Assembly (NCBI RefSeq): GCF_004010195.1
Contig: NC_057720.1
Location: 26,548,890-26,612,889 of the forward strand
Direction: 5' to 3'
DNA length: 64,000 bases
Source: Chiloscyllium plagiosum
Taxonomy: Eukaryota
How positions within the stretch are numbered: the stretch's first letter is position 1; every line of letters starts with the position of its first letter. The notes under the pieces are model-generated. The model did no database searches and was not told where the DNA came from. It saw nothing but the letters and a program-made list of their open reading frames with translations. Shown one piece after another: positions 25,981 to 40,070 of this stretch. A program made the translations under genes and the position numbers.

Positions 25981-28498
25981 ACCTTGTGATACTGGGACTG
26001 ATTGTTCTGGAGACACCTGATGCACAGAGTTAAAGTCCCGGTCTTTTATGTATGCCAACTGAAGCATACTTAAACCTAAACAAGTGGGACTGCTGAACAC
26101 AGAATAATGATTAGGAATAAAGTACAAGGTGCCTGGAGCATATCTTCCTTTGTAACAAACTGTAATGTATATCTGGCCCCTCCTTCAAGTACTTCCTAAA
26201 CGCCAAAAATGAATGGAAGATAATCTGAAAATTCTTGCTCAAATATGACTTAGCATCTGAAAGGATTGATACATTTTCTCCAGTAACAAACTTAAACTAG
26301 TTTTATTGTCATTTTCATTAATCTCGGCATATCAGGCCTCATCCTGCATGTCTATATGGAGTCAAATATTTGCTGTGGGCTTACAAAATTATGAAGAGGA
26401 GTTAACCTTGTCCTTCCACATTGTCTAATGCTAGACTGCTATGGTAAGTGTTTAATACTCAGTGCTGCTACTGCAGCCATTCCCTGGTTTCTGTCTTCAG
26501 GTCTGAACCTGGCTGAGTTACATTCCTGCTATCACTGAGCTTCACTTCAGCTATTTGTCCCACTTCTGGCACTTGGATTGTTGGGCTGACCATGTGTTTT
26601 CATCCAGTGGCTCAAACTGTCACTGGGTTTCATTTTAGGCTCGTATAACTTCTTGGCATCCGTTCCATGGATGTAGTCATCATTGTTATATATAGTGATT
26701 TCAAACACTGTGGAGTGTCAGTACAATTGATCCATTTTTACTGTTAAAACAGGTACCCAGTCTGTGATTTACCTTCCCGTCACTCAATCCAGTCTACTGT
26801 ATTCACTGCTTACAATGAGGTCTGCTCTACTTTGGGAAGATGAAATGCAGACTGGATGAAATGCTTTGCCAAACACCCATGCCAACATTTCTGTCTCAAG
26901 TCTGCTGCAGTGATTCACTTCTGTGCCAGTCCTGTATTCCACTTCCATACCAATCAATCTGCCAGTTCACAGGCTGGCTATGTAATAACATGGGATATCC
27001 ACTCCAAACATAGCTCACTGGTAACGATGCAGTGCAGGAGCTGGTCTCTAACAAAAGCAGTGGTAGCACCAGAAATATGGTAGAGTAGATCATCACATGG
27101 ACAAGCAATGCTCCTGGAAGACCAGTCTTTACAATTACCTTCTGCAGAAGAGGAGGAGGAGACAGAGAGAATAGTCAGCAGGAGATTGAGGAGCAACTAA
27201 GTAAGATGATTGCAGATAGATGCAAGAATAATAGGATTGTAATGTTCGGGGATTTAACTTTCTTAACATCAACTGGAACTGCCAGAGTGTTCAGGGCATG
27301 GATGGAGTGAAATTTGTTAAATGTTTTCAGGAAGAATTGCTCATGCAGTCTGTGGATGGCCCCCCACTTTGAATTTGACCCTCTCTTGGGAAGGAAGGCA
27401 GGGCAAGTGATGGGAGTGTTAGTAGGGGAATACATTGGGACTGGAGACCATAATTCCATTAGTTTCAAAATTATGATGCAAAGGGATAAGTCCGGTCCAC
27501 AAGTTAAAGTTCTGAATTGGTGCAAGGCCAATTTTGATGGTCTTATACAGGAAATTCCAAAAGTTGATTGTCGGAGAAGTCATTTACAGGTAAAGGGACA
27601 TCTGGTAAGTGGGAGGCTTTCAAAAATGAGTTAATAAGGGTTCAGGGCCAGCATATTCCTATTAGAGTGAAAGGTGAGGCAACCAGCAATAGGGAACTGT
27701 GCATGACTAGAGTTATTGAGGCCCTGGTCAAGAAAGTGAAGGAGGCATATGTACAGGCAGCAGGGATCAAGTGATTTCCTAGAGAGTATAGAGAGTGTCA
27801 GAGTACACTTGAGAGAAATCAAGATGGTAAAAAGGTGACATTGGATTCTCCTTTACCTTATCTGCCAAAGAGATTCTACAAGTACATGAAGGGCAAAAAA
27901 AGAGTAACTAGGGAGAGAATAGAGTCTCTCAAAGATCAATAAGGTTGGCTTTGTGTGGATCCATAAGAGGTCAGTGAGATTCCAAATGAATATTTCTCAT
28001 CAGTATTTACCATAGAGAAAGGTATGGATGCTAGAAAACTTGGGGAAATAAATAATGATGTCTTGAAGAGAGTCCACATTACAGAAGAGGTGGTGCTGGA
28101 TTTCTCTCAAGTGTAGATAAATCCCTGGGACCTGATGATGTGTAGCCTAGGACTTGGTGGGAGACTAGAGAGGAAATTGCAGGGCAGCTAACAGAGACAT
28201 TTGTATTATCCACAGCCCTGGGCAAAGTGCCCAAAGATTAGAAGGTGGCTAGTGTTGTGCTAATATTTAAGAAAGGCTGCAGGGAAATGCCTGGGAACTA
28301 CAGATCAGTAAGCCGAACATCGGTGGTGCGTACGTTCCTAGAAGGGATTATGAGAAACTGGATCTACAGGCATTTGGAGAGGCAAGGACTCATTTGGGAT
28401 AGTCAGTCTGGGTGTGGGAAATAATGTCTTATGAATTTGATTGAGGTTTTTGAAGAGTGCCCAAGAAAGTAGATGAGGGCAGTATGGTAGACATTGTC

Positions 28499-28634
28499 AA
28501 AGACTATGATACTGGAAAATCACAGCCAGTCAGGCAGCATCTGAGGAGCAGGAGAGTTGATGTTTCGGGCATAAGACTTATGCACCATACTCTTCAACTG
28601 TGATCTCCAGCACCTGTAGTCCTCGCTTTCTCCT
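28499..28634. mobile_element. Family A element with inverted 5' part and 18-bp TSD
   Basis: AGTATGGTAGACATTGTC at 28481-28498 and 28635-28652; fold point gcataag-a-cttatgc lies in helix II. Confidence 0.85.
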
Positions 28635-28884
28635 AGTATGGTAGACATTGTCTACATGGACTTTAGCAAGGCCTTTGACAAGGTACCTCATGGTAGGTTG
28701 TTGAGTAAGGTTAAATCTCATGGGATCCAGCGAAGGCTAGCCAATTGGATACAAAATTGACTTGACAGTAGAAGACAGAGGGTGATGGTAGAGGGTTGTT
28801 TTTCAGACTAGAAGCTTGTGACCAGTGGTGTGCCACAGGAATCAGTACTGGGTCCACTGTTATTCATCATTTATAGAAAAGACT

Positions 28885-29915
28885 TAGAACATAGAACATA
28901 GAAAATGTACAGCACAGAACAGTCCCTTTGGCCCACGATGTTGTGCCAAGGTTTAATCCTGATGTAAAATATAGTAACTTAACCTACGCATTCCTCAACT
29001 CACTGCTATCCATGTGCATGTCCAGCAGTTGCTTAAATGTCCCCAATGACTCTGCTTCCACCACCTCCGCTGGCAACGCATTCCATGCATTCACAACTCT
29101 CTGTGTAAAGAACCTACCTCTGACGTCTCCTTTATACCTTCCTCCTAATATCTTCAAACAATGACTCCTCGTACCAGTCAATCCTGCCCCGGGGAAAAGT
29201 CTCTGGCTATTGACTCGATCTATTCCACTCATCATCTTGTATACCGCGATCAGGTCTCCTCTCTTCCTCCTTCTCTCCAGAGAGAAAAGCCCGAGCTTAT
29301 TCAACCTTTCTTCATAAGGCAAGCCCTTCAGTCCAGGCAATCCTGGTAAACCTTTTTTGCATCCTCCCCAAACCCTCTGTATCTTTCCTATGGTAGGGCG
29401 ACCAGAACTGGACACAATATTCCAAGTGTGGTCTCGTCAAGGACTTGTAGAGCTGTCGCAAAACCTTACGGCTCTTAAACTCTATCCCCTTGTTAATGAA
29501 AGCCAAAACACCATATGGTTTCTTAACAATCCTATCCACTTGGGTGGCAACTTTGAGGGATCTATGTATTTGCACACCCAGATCCCTCTATTTCTCCACA
29601 CTGCCAAGTATCCTGTCTTTAATCCTATATTCAGCATTCGGGTTTGACCTTCAAAAATGCATCACTTCACATTTATCCAGGTTGAACTCCATCTGCCATT
29701 TCTCAGCCCAGCTCTGCATCCTGTCTATGTCGGACTGCAGCCTGCAGTAGCTGTCTATACTATCGACCACACCTCCAACGTTTGTGTCAACTGCAAATTT
29801 ACTAACCCACCCCTCAACCTCCTCATCCAGTCATTTATAAAAACTACAAAGAGCAAAGGCCCAAGAACAGAGCCCTGCGGGACCCCACTCAACACTGACC
29901 TCCAAGCAGAATACT
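28885..29915 (-). mobile_element. Younger CR1 3' portion nested in an older CR1
   Basis: ORFs 28984-29415 and 29312-29575 (YEERLNKLGLFSLERRRKRGDL; RPHLEYCVQFWSP); (tctatgt)n tail. Confidence 0.92.
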
Positions 29916-30944
29916 TTGAATGAGAATTCAGGAGGTAGGGTTAGTAAGCTTGCAGATGACACCTAGATTGATGGTATAGTGAAGGTGGTTATCTGGGAAT
30001 GCTGCAAGATCTTGATCAACTGGGCCATTGGGCTGAAGAGTGGCAGATGGAGTTTAGTTTACCAAAATCCAACAGCTTGCATTTATCTAAAGTAAACAGG
30101 GTAGGTCTTATACAGTTATTGGTAGGGCCCTGGGGAGTGTCATAGAACAAAGAGATCTAGGGGTACAGGTTCACAGCTCCTTGAAAATTGAATCACTGGT
30201 AGACAAGGTGGGGGTAAAGATGGCTTTTGACATGCTAGCTTTCATCATGCAGCTATACAAGACATTGGTGAGGCCACAATTGGAGTATTGCGTGCAGGTC
30301 TTGTTGCCCTATTGTAGAAAGGATATTACTAATCTAGAAAGAGTGCAGACAAGATTTCCTAGAACACTACTGGACTGGAAGTTTTGTGTTATCAGGAGAG
30401 GTTGGGAATAGGCTGGAACTCTTTTCCCTGGGGCATAGGAGACTGAGGGGTGACCTTAAAGATGTATAAAATCATGAGAGAAGATAAGGTAGATAGCAGT
30501 CAGCTTTTCCACATGGCAGGGGAGTCTAAAACTAGAGAGTATGGGTTTAAGGGAGAGGGGAGAATTACAAGAGGGTCCAGAGGAGCAATTTTTTTCACAC
30601 AGAGAGTGGTGAGTACCTGGAACAGGCTGCCAAATATAGTGGCAGAAGGGAGTATAATTTTGCATTTAAGAAACATTTGGACTGGTACATGAATGGGATA
30701 AATATGGGGGGATAGGGACCAAATGCAGGCAAATAGGACTAGTTTATATTGTGAAAATTGGGTGGTGTGGGCAAGTTTTCATGCTGTAGACCTCTACAAC
30801 TCTATGAGAAAGAGAAGGAGCAACAACAACCATAAGTGCCCAGTTTGGCCTCCTCCAATATCCAATACTGAATAATAACAATTAATTTATGTCATGTATT
30901 TAATGTAACAATCCATCCTAAAGCACACACGGAAGCATGACAGA

Positions 30945-31150
30945 ACAAAAACAGATGACTGGCAAAACTCAGGAGATCTGGTAGCATCTGTAGGAAGAAA
31001 GCGGAGTTAACGTTTCAAGTCCAGTGACTCCACCAGAAAGTGAAACATTAACTTTGCTTTCTTCCCACAGGTGCTGCCAAATCTCCTGAGTTTTATTAGC
31101 ATTTTTTGTTTTTGTTTCAGACATCCAGGATCCGCAGTTCTTTGTTTTGT
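30945..31150. mobile_element. Family C Penelope-derived snap-back element
   Basis: Inverted arms around gttaacgtttc..gaaacattaac, the 3' hammerhead core. Confidence 0.7.
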
Positions 31151-31254
31151 AATGTTAAAATAATTTGACCATGAACCATTGGTGGCAATATTCGGGTTGA
31201 TAACCAAATGATTTATTTCTCAGTTTTTAACAAACATTGAAAAGAACAAACATT

Positions 31255-31555
31255 TGCACACACTGCATCTGTTTCAACTCAACAACTTAGGTGACCACTA
31301 TTTGCTGATTCATTTCTTAGTGCAATGCCTTGACAAATCAGAGTCAATTTGCTTGGTTTAACCTATGGACAAAAACTTACAGCTAACTGCCAAATCATTT
31401 TAACTAATGAATTCTCCATGTAACAAAATTGTAGACAGCATTCTCCATTCATACAGTGCAAAAGTTGTTTTTTGCTTAAAACTGGCATTTCTTGCAAATG
31501 TCCTGATGGGTATAAAACCAAAACATTTGGCAAATTGTACCTTTTCTCAGCAATA
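31255..31555 (+). mobile_element. Possible fourth Penelope-type terminus with decayed hammerhead
   Basis: tgtc-CTGATGG-gt(ataaa)ac-CAAA-acat-tt-ggca at 31499-31532. Confidence 0.35.
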
Positions 31556-33744
31556 GTTAAATTTTATACAGATGACTATTTTTATTCTCTTGCACTTACC
31601 CCAATTACATATGATGCCTCACCACCCATTGTCTCTCACTCGCAAAGATTATATCCAAGTGAAGGTACTCTATTATTACAGTTTAATTATCTCAGTCTCC
31701 GATTTATGATCACCAGTGCACCGAGTGGCAAACTGACATTTTCTGGGATCGATTCTTTAAAATTAAAATAAGGGCATTGTGAATTTGAGGATGCTCAGCA
31801 ATCTGGGAGGCTTCCTACAGTTAAATTTCTGGGAAGTTAGTTCCCAGGCAAACTTTAATTGGAGCCAATTAGATACATTGTCTGCCTGACACTTCTCAGC
31901 TTATTTCAAGTCTGGTTCACAGGCTGACTGAAACTGGTTTTCACTAACTACAGACAGCTCCTAGCTGTTGTTATTTTAAAACAGACCAAAACAGGCATCA
32001 CTCCTCGATGTGGCTTTTCCCAGTTCAACATTTTTTTTCTTTAAGTAATGTAAGGTCATCCTGATGATTGCACATTTTGCAGTGAGTTAATACAGCTGAG
32101 GATTTGAAATAGACTATTTCATTTAGAATGACTTATTCAATCTAATGATACACTTTTGATTGGTTTTGGGGCCAAAATTTGGAAAATTCCTTTATTCCCT
32201 TTTAAGACAGGGGAATAGTTCAAAGCTGTAATGGAAGCCAGGTGATCCTCAGCCAGCATCTTTGCTAGCCTTTCTGTTTCATTTTAATTGATTGAAATAC
32301 AGAATAGGACATACCAGAACTGAGCATGTTGCATTGCATATCCAGGAACAAATATAAGGCTGCACAGAGGAAGGATGAATGAATGGAAGTTAGAATATAG
32401 ACAACAAAATTTTGAGATGGACCCAGTAGCAAACAAGCAGCTTGTAGCAGCACTAAAAGGTAATTTGTCCCAACTGTTCCAGCATTCCATAACTAGCCCT
32501 TCATAACCACAATTAAATTGCTGTCCTGTGTTGCTGCTTCCCAGCACTTAGAGTCATAAGATGTACTTGGATTGTAAATATTCATTCTGCAGAGATCATG
32601 ACAGGCATGTTCTAGGAACAAAGCTCTGTGGCATTGATTTCCTCAGTAACCTTACCCATTGGCAACAAATACATTGCCTGGAGAACTTGTTCCCATCAAG
32701 GGGAGCAGGATTTCTCTTCAAGTCATTGACTGGCCAGAGTCTCCCATAGAACCTGCACATCCCTTCCAAATGTTGATCTTTTTAGTTGATTCAAACGTTT
32801 TATTAATTGAAGAAATAAATGTAAACATTGCATTTCTAATGATTTCCATAATTTGGCTGGTCTACAAATGACCAAAAGCCAAGCTGATTGAAATAACATT
32901 GGGGAATCCTTATGAATATCAGAGAGGTTGTTTCATTGTAGCACTAATTAAGATCTGGCTTCTTCAATTGAGGCGTTAGGTTTTTTTTCTCTTGATGCTA
33001 TTTAATATTGCATTTTATTCAATTTTAGCAAACTACGTGTTAATATGGAGGTCGGAGCGCGTGGAATGTTTGTCAAATATATTTCTACTGTTGCTAAGAA
33101 GGTGCATTTTGCCACCTGTAAATTAATTTTCTTAAGTACAGACTTCTGCAAAACGAGCTGATTACATGCAGTTACATTGGCAATAGTTAGTAGTGTTAAG
33201 CTTAGTTGAAAGGTTTATTCTCAAAGTAAATTCAGCTTTGAGGATCTAGACATTTTTAACTGAAACTAAGTAACCTTTGTGAAGATAGGATCAGTGAGGG
33301 TTGAAAAAGAAGGACATTATTCTCTGGTATAAATCAATCCATGGGTGTGCAATGGAAAATAGAGCCTTGTTGGGTTCTTATTCCAATAATGCTGTTAATA
33401 ACTAGACCTGGCTGCCAAATGGTATTCATCTTTTTGATATGAGGTAAATGTCAGCCAAAATAGCAATTGTTCATATGCTGCATACTCAAAATGCCTACAA
33501 AACACAAATATTGAAGGATGGGTACATTCTGACCTGAGTAGATGAGGTTCCTTCAAGTCAAATTGAACCAGTACTTCAGATTAAATTCCAGTCAGAATTA
33601 GAGGGTTTGGAATCAGTTCTGACTCCTTGTCAAGATTTGATTCAACAGGATTAGGAGAACCAAAGGTGGAATGCCAGGCCCTTACTTTTCAATAGAGATT
33701 AAATATTCAAACCTTATCCTAATACATATTTCCACAGGTCCAAC

Positions 33745-34600
33745 AACAACAAATTATCTTCATAGAACCTTTAACATAACAAAGTGTCCCACGATATATT
33801 GTTGGAGCATCACATTTTAATCCTTAGCTATGGAATGGATTTTTTGGTCAGAGATAGACTTTAGCAACATCTTCAAAGGTGAAAGAGGAGTCAAGAAGCA
33901 GATATTTAGAGGGGAGGGATTTGGAGCTTAGGGATGTGCAGCTGAAACTATGTCCACTAATGATGCAGTGATTAAAATCTGGATGAGCAAGAAGCCAGAG
34001 TAGGAGAAATGCAATAGTATTGTGGGGCTGGAGAAAAAAAACCTCATGTTAGAGGAGGTCTGTGGAAGGTTTTGAATGTAAGGATGTGACGTCTTCCCAG
34101 TGCAGGTCAGCAACACAGGGTAATGACTAAAAATACTTCAAGCTTGAAGCAGATTGGCAGCATTTCTGGCTATTGCCCAAGCCTTAAACCCGAGAGAAAT
34201 TGGTAGAGAGCCCCCTTCTTGAACTATTACACTCCATAGGGTGGAGTACTGCTAGAAAGGGAGTATGAAGATTTTAACCAGAGTAATAATGAAGAAATGT
34301 CAAGAAACTTCAAGTCAAGATGGCGCGTGACTTGAGGCGAACTTGGGGGATGCTGTTCTCTTGTATCTACTACAATTGCCCTTTTAGGTGTTAGAGGTTG
34401 TGGGTTTGGAAGATGCTGTTGAAGGAGCCTAGGTGAGTCACTGGAGTTCATTTTGTACATGGTGCGCACTGCTGCTACTATATGTCAACAAGTGAATGTT
34501 GAAGGTAGTGGATAAGGTGACAATCAAATGAATTGTTTTGCCCTGGATGGAGTTGAACTGCATATATTGTTGGAGCTGAACACATTCAGACAAGTAGAGA
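33745..34600 (-). mobile_element. L2-like remnant followed by second-family LINE remnant
   Basis: Similar to 61590-61940 and to the reverse of 2915-3712. Confidence 0.55.
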
Positions 34601-34833
34601 TTTTTCTCTTAATTTACAACTCTAAATCACTTGTTGGAAATACAGTAGCAGGTAACCATATCCTGAGGGACAATAAACACAACTGAGCATCATTGTCTCA
34701 GCATTTATATTTCCTGCTCCTTCCTTACGTCTAGGTCAATACAGAAGATGACTTCAATAAAATTAACCAATTTATCAACAAATCAATCAAAATGTCATAG
34801 ATGCTTAATTGGAGCAACAACTTCATTTAAAGC

Positions 34834-34984
34834 TGAAAATCACACACCAGGTTATAGTTGACAACCACCTGATGAATGAGCAGCACTCTGAAAGCTAGTG
34901 CTTCCAAATAAATCTGTTGGACTATAACATGGTGTTGTGTGATTTTTAGCTTTGTCCACCCCAGTCCAACACCGGCACCTCCAA
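34834..34984 (+). mobile_element. Family B hammerhead element with 12-bp TSD
   Basis: TTCATTTAAAGC at 34822-34833 and 34985-34996; CAC-CTGATGA-A..GAAA-GC-TA-GTG at 34866-34900; short inverted 5' piece. Confidence 0.85.
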
Positions 34985-34995
34985 TTCATTTAAAG

Positions 34996-35155
34996 CAAAA
35001 TACTACAGGTCCTTGATATCTGAAACATAAACAACGTGCTGGAGACACCCACCAGGTCTGTCAACAGCGGTGGAGAGAGAAACAGTGGTATTGTTTTGAA
35101 TCTGATAGGATTCTTCAGTCTTGCTGAGTTTCTCTGGCATTTTCAGGCTCTTTTT
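34996..35155. mobile_element. Family C element, degenerate
   Basis: Homologous to 30945-31150 and 36211-36450. Confidence 0.55.
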
Positions 35156-35569
35156 TAACTTCTTTATTAACTTTCCCATCACACAGGAGCAACAAACATG
35201 AGAGAAATATCTCAGTTCAATGCATTGCCACATACACCAAAACACAGTGCATCATTGAAGGAACATGGTCATAAGTTGCCTGGAAAACATATTCTAACAT
35301 ATGGACTAAAATGACAAATGAAGGGTGTTACCAGATCATTTAGATCAATTGCTTTAATCACAACACATTTTGTCCAAATTGATGATGCATCGTAAAAGTG
35401 AGAAATCATAAATCTATATGGCACATTATTCATAGTTATACCCCAACTGCCACTATGAGCATTGCCATTAGGTGGGAAGAACAGAGTAATCGTCAATGAT
35501 AATGTCCCTGTGAAAGACATACTTTCCACAGTTGCCTGTACAGCCTCAAGATTTCCTGGGTTAATTGAA

Positions 35570-37500
35570 TATAAGAAATAGGAGCAGAATCAATAAAACT
35601 GTGGCTGATCTGATGTGGCCATGATGCCAATTTCTTGCTTAATGCCCTCATATCCGATTTCAGCTTTGCCAATCAAAAATCAGTCTGACCCAGCTTGAAT
35701 GTATTCAATGATTCTGCTTACTGCTTTTTGGGGTAGTGAATTATAAATACTACCAACCTTCTGAGAGAGAAATTCCTCCTCCTTTCATCTTAAATAGAAG
35801 ATCCCGTATTTTAAAACTACATGCATTTACCCCTGAATTCTAGATTCCTAGATGATGAGAAATTCTACTCAGCAGCTACCTTGTCAAGAGCCCTCAGCAT
35901 TGTACCTATTTCACAAGGTCACCTCTCATTCTTCTCATGTGTAATGAGTACAGATCGAATCTGCTCAGTCTTTCCTGATCAGGCAATCCCTCATCCCGGG
36001 AATCAGCCCAGTGAACTTTTTCTGAATTGTATCAAATGTAAGTGTAGCCTTCCTTAATTAAGGTGACCCAAAACTGCACACAACACTGTACATGAGGTTT
36101 ATCCAGTGCCTTGTACAGTTATAGCAAGATATTCAAATTCTTCTACTCAAAATCATTCAGTTTGTCTTCTTAATTACTGAGTACATCAAGCCAGTTAGCC
36201 TGATTTTGGTAAATTAAAACTGAAAGAAGTGCAGATGCTGTAAATCAGGCTCAAAATCAGAAATTGCCAGAAAGACTCAGCAGATCTGGTAGCATATGTG
36301 GAAAGAAATCAGAGTAAATGTTTCCAATTGATAAACATTAAAAACTGAAGTTCTGAGGAAGGGTCACTCAACCTGAAACATTAACGATGATTTCTCTTCA
36401 CAGATGCTGACAGACCTGCTGAGCCTTTCCAGAAATTTCTGTTTTTGAGTCTGATTTTGGTTATTGGTAAGAGCTTAGAGTCCATTATTAAGAGATGAGA
36501 TTGCGGAGTACTTGGTAGTGCATGGTAAAATAGAGTTGAATCAGCAAGGCTTCATCCAGGGTGGTCACTCCTGACAAATCTATTAGAATTCTTTGAGGAG
36601 ATAATGAGCAACTTAGACAAAAGGAGAGCCAGTTGAATTGCTAAAAGGCCTTGACAAGATGCTGCACAGGAGGTTGCGAAATAAGATAAGAGTCCATGGT
36701 GTCAGGAGCAAGGTATTGGCGTGGATAGAGGATAGGTTGACTGGCAGAAGGCAGAGAGTGAGGATAAAAAGGGTCTTTTCCATAATGGCAGCTGGTGACT
36801 AATGGAGTTCCTCAGGGATCAGTGTTGGGACCACAACTATTCATGTTATACATTAACATGCTGGAAAAAGGAACTGAGGGCATTGTTGCTAATTTTGCAG
36901 ATGACACATCTATAGGTGGAAGACAGATAGTGTTGAGAAGACGGCTGTACAGGGACTTGGACAGGTTGGGGGATGGGCAAAAAATGACAGATGGAATTCA
37001 ATGCAGGAAAGGGAAAGGTTATGCACTTTGGTAGGAAGAATAGAGGCATAGACTATTTTCTAAATGAGGAAACCTGAAGTGCAAAGGGACTTCGGAGTCC
37101 TAGTTCAAGATTCTCTTAAAGTAAATATTCAGATTCAGTTGGCAGTTGGGAAGGCAAATGAAATGTTAACACTGATTTTGAGAAGCCTAGAATAAGAAAC
37201 AATCTTTCCATGCTAATTTATCACCTGAAAAACCATATGCTCTTATCTTGTGTAATGATCTTTTACATGGCACCTTATCGAATATGTTTTGCAAATCCAA
37301 AGCCAGAACATCTGCAGAAATGGTTTCATTCATCCATCATGATTGTTACATCCTCAAAGAACTCTAATAAATTTGTAAAACAATATTTTCCTTTCTCAAA
37401 ATCATGTTGACAGTCCCTGTATTCTTACCAATTTCTAAATGTTTTGCTATTATCTCTTCAATAATCGATTGTAGCATTTCCCCAGATATCACCATTCAAG
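35570..37500. mobile_element. CR1 segments in alternating orientation (35570-36190 minus, 36470-37195 plus, 37200-37500 minus)
   Basis: [18 protein letters not shown] in ORF 36795-37034; flanking reverse CR1 sequence. Confidence 0.8.
36211..36450. mobile_element. Family C snap-back element with hammerhead motif
   Basis: GTT-CTGAGGA-A-GGGTC(ACTC)AACCT-GAAA-CA-TT-AAC at 36350-36385; CTGATTTTGGT at 36200-36210 and 36451-36461. Confidence 0.75.
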
Positions 37501-38842
37501 CTGATGGACTCATTCCCACTTCTAGCCAGGCACTGGACAGACTCCAAACAGTCCAGCAACATGATTCTGTTTGCAAATGATCTTCTTTCAAAAGCTAGTC
37601 CTGAAACATCCAGCGTTACAGCCGGCAATCATAGCCAAAATTTATAAGCATAAAGAACTTCAGCCCTGGATATTTTCAGATAATTTACTGTCAAGGGCCA
37701 TGGGAAATAAGCCAGACTGGATGATTCATCAGATCTTTGGCAGTCAAAGCTCATGTGGCCCCAGGTGGTCAGTAGGGAGGACGGACTCAGAGTGTTAATA
37801 AATGTATGTATTTTGAGTGAAAACCAGGATATTAGCAATGAACATCATGCTTTCTGATGTCAGATATTTCACTCTGCCTGAAGATGCTTATTTTATTAAA
37901 TGCAAAGTTTTTGATGCCAGAGGTTTAGCATTATGATATTGTGACCTTTAGGAACTGTATTGAAGATTGCAGATTCAGACAGCGAATATCAGCTCAGAAA
38001 CTATGATAAGGACATAACAAGCAATGGAAGAAAAAAAATTGTTGGTTCAGCCATCTCAAAGATCATTTAGCATTCACATTATTCAAGACAACAAACAATC
38101 TTGTCAATCTTGAGGGAATTTTCTCAATGGATTTTCTTGAACAAAATTTCCAAAACGTATCCTTCCCTGCATTTCTCATCCAGTGTTAAACACAGGCTTG
38201 CATCCTTCCACAAGCAACTCCCAAATACACCAAATATCACCCCTCGTGCCCCAATAGCACCGATGGATCCCATGGCACAATGATTATCCTTGTATCGTAC
38301 AATGCTGCTGTAAAATATTGATCCTATTGCCTTTTAAAATGTTTTCATAGAATTAACTAACTTTACCAGAGAAAGTGATGTCTGGCGTGTTAATATTGAT
38401 TAAATCAACCATGCATCAGGACAAATGAGGCTGTTGACAATGGCACTGAATGAAATCCCTAAAAACCAAAGGATAGTCATACGATAGGAAATGCAGGGAT
38501 CTGACTTAATTTACTTGAAGGTAGGAAAGACAAAAGGGAACCCAAAACCCTTGCACACTCTGTGCAGCTTTAACTGGTGACAGACTTGGCTTCCAATCTG
38601 ACAGGGGACAGGCAGGGGGAGACCGCAGGGCAGGGTAGATCTACATTGGAGAGTGAAGGGGGTGGAACAACCTGGAGTATAACAGAAGGTTGGTCTGGAG
38701 AGGAAAGGGGATCAATTGAGGGAAATGAAGTGAGATCAAAGTCAAAGTGATGTTGTGAGATGGCTTGGGGATAAGAGTAAGAACTTTGCAGGTGGGATGT
38801 TGGTGTCTAAAGGCCTGGAAAAGGAATTGGAGGATTTGAGGA

Positions 38843-39163
38843 TTTGTGGGTGGCACAGTGGTTAGCACTGTTGCCTCACAGCGCCAGAGACCCGGGTTCA
38901 ATTCCCGCCTCAGGCGACTGACTGTGAGAAGTTTGCACGTTCTCCCCATGTCTGCGTGGGTTTCCTCCGGGTGCTCCGGTTTCCTCCCACAGTCCAAAGA
39001 TGTGCAGGTCAGGTGAATTGGCCATGCTAAATTGCCCGTAGTGTTAGGTAAGGGGTAAATGTAGGGGTATGGGTGGGTTGCGCTTCGGCGGGTCGGTGTG
39101 GACTTGTTGGGCCGAAGGGCCTGTCTCCACAATGTAAAGCAATCTAATCTAATCTAAAAAAAA
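38843..39163 (+). mobile_element. Full-length young HE1-type V-SINE
   Basis: A box tggcacagtgg, B box ggttcaattcc, V-domain, CR1-like tail, (tctaa)n-polyA; CpGs retained. Confidence 0.95.
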
Positions 39164-39294
39164 AGGTTGCAAGCCTCCTAGAGATGATCAAGGGGTAGGG
39201 ACTAATCCCAGTTGTCCAATGCTCAATCAAGCAGATTAATGTAATGATATTCAGCTACAGGAATAACCAAACTCTTACCAAGGAGAGATAGCTG

Positions 39295-40070
39295 CTTTCA
39301 GCAAGCCCTGGACAACATCCACCCAGATATTTTGTGTCACGTAAGTGCTAGGCAGTGACCATCTCCAACGAGAGAATCTAAACATTGCCCTATGACATTC
39401 AATGGTCATCATCATCACAGAATCACCCACTATCAACACCATTGGGGCTATCATTGATCAGGAGCTAAACTGGACTAGTTACATTAATATTGTGTCTGAA
39501 GAAGCAGGTCGGAGGTGAGGAATCCTGAGTGGGTAGGTTGCCTCCTGACTTCCCATAGTCTGTCCACTATCTGCACGGCATAGGTAAGGAGTGTGATGGA
39601 CTATCGCCCACTTACCTGGATAAATACAGTTTCAATGATACTCAAAAACCTTGACCGCGTCCAGGACAAAGCAACCCATTTGATTGACACCTCACTCAAA
39701 AATGTCTACTGCCTCTACCACCGACATTCAACAGCAATTGTGTCTGCCATCTACAAGATTCACTTTACAAATTCACTAAGATTCCTTAGAAAGACAACAA
39801 TCCATGAGCACTATCATCTTGAAGGACAAGGATAGCATATACTCAGGAACACCACCACTTGCAAGTTCCCCTCCAAGCCATTCACTATCTTGATATGGAA
39901 ATATATCATCATTCCTTCAGTGTCACCAAGTCAAATCCTGGAACTCCCTCCCTACCTGCAACAAATGGTCTGCAGCAGTTCAAGATGGCAGCTCCACCTT
40001 CTCAAGGGTAGCTGGGGATGGGCAGTAAATGCTGGCCCAGCCAGTGACACCCACATCCCATGAATAAACA
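39295..40070 (+). mobile_element. Second LINE family, 3' part
   Basis: LDRVQDKATHLI motif; tail shared with 2915-3712. Confidence 0.75.

Larger units (their letters stand above)
27030..30805 (+). mobile_element. Long degenerate CR1 LINE hosting two nested inserts
   Basis: [52 protein letters not shown] and LYKTLVRPQLEYCVQ motifs. Confidence 0.9.

Noticed and set aside
38849..38905. tRNA gene
   Set aside because: It is the tRNA-derived SINE head followed by a V-domain and LINE tail
38641..39132. Recurrent DCGRKPEHPEETHAD peptide as a gene family
   Set aside because: It is the antisense translation of HE1 SINEs
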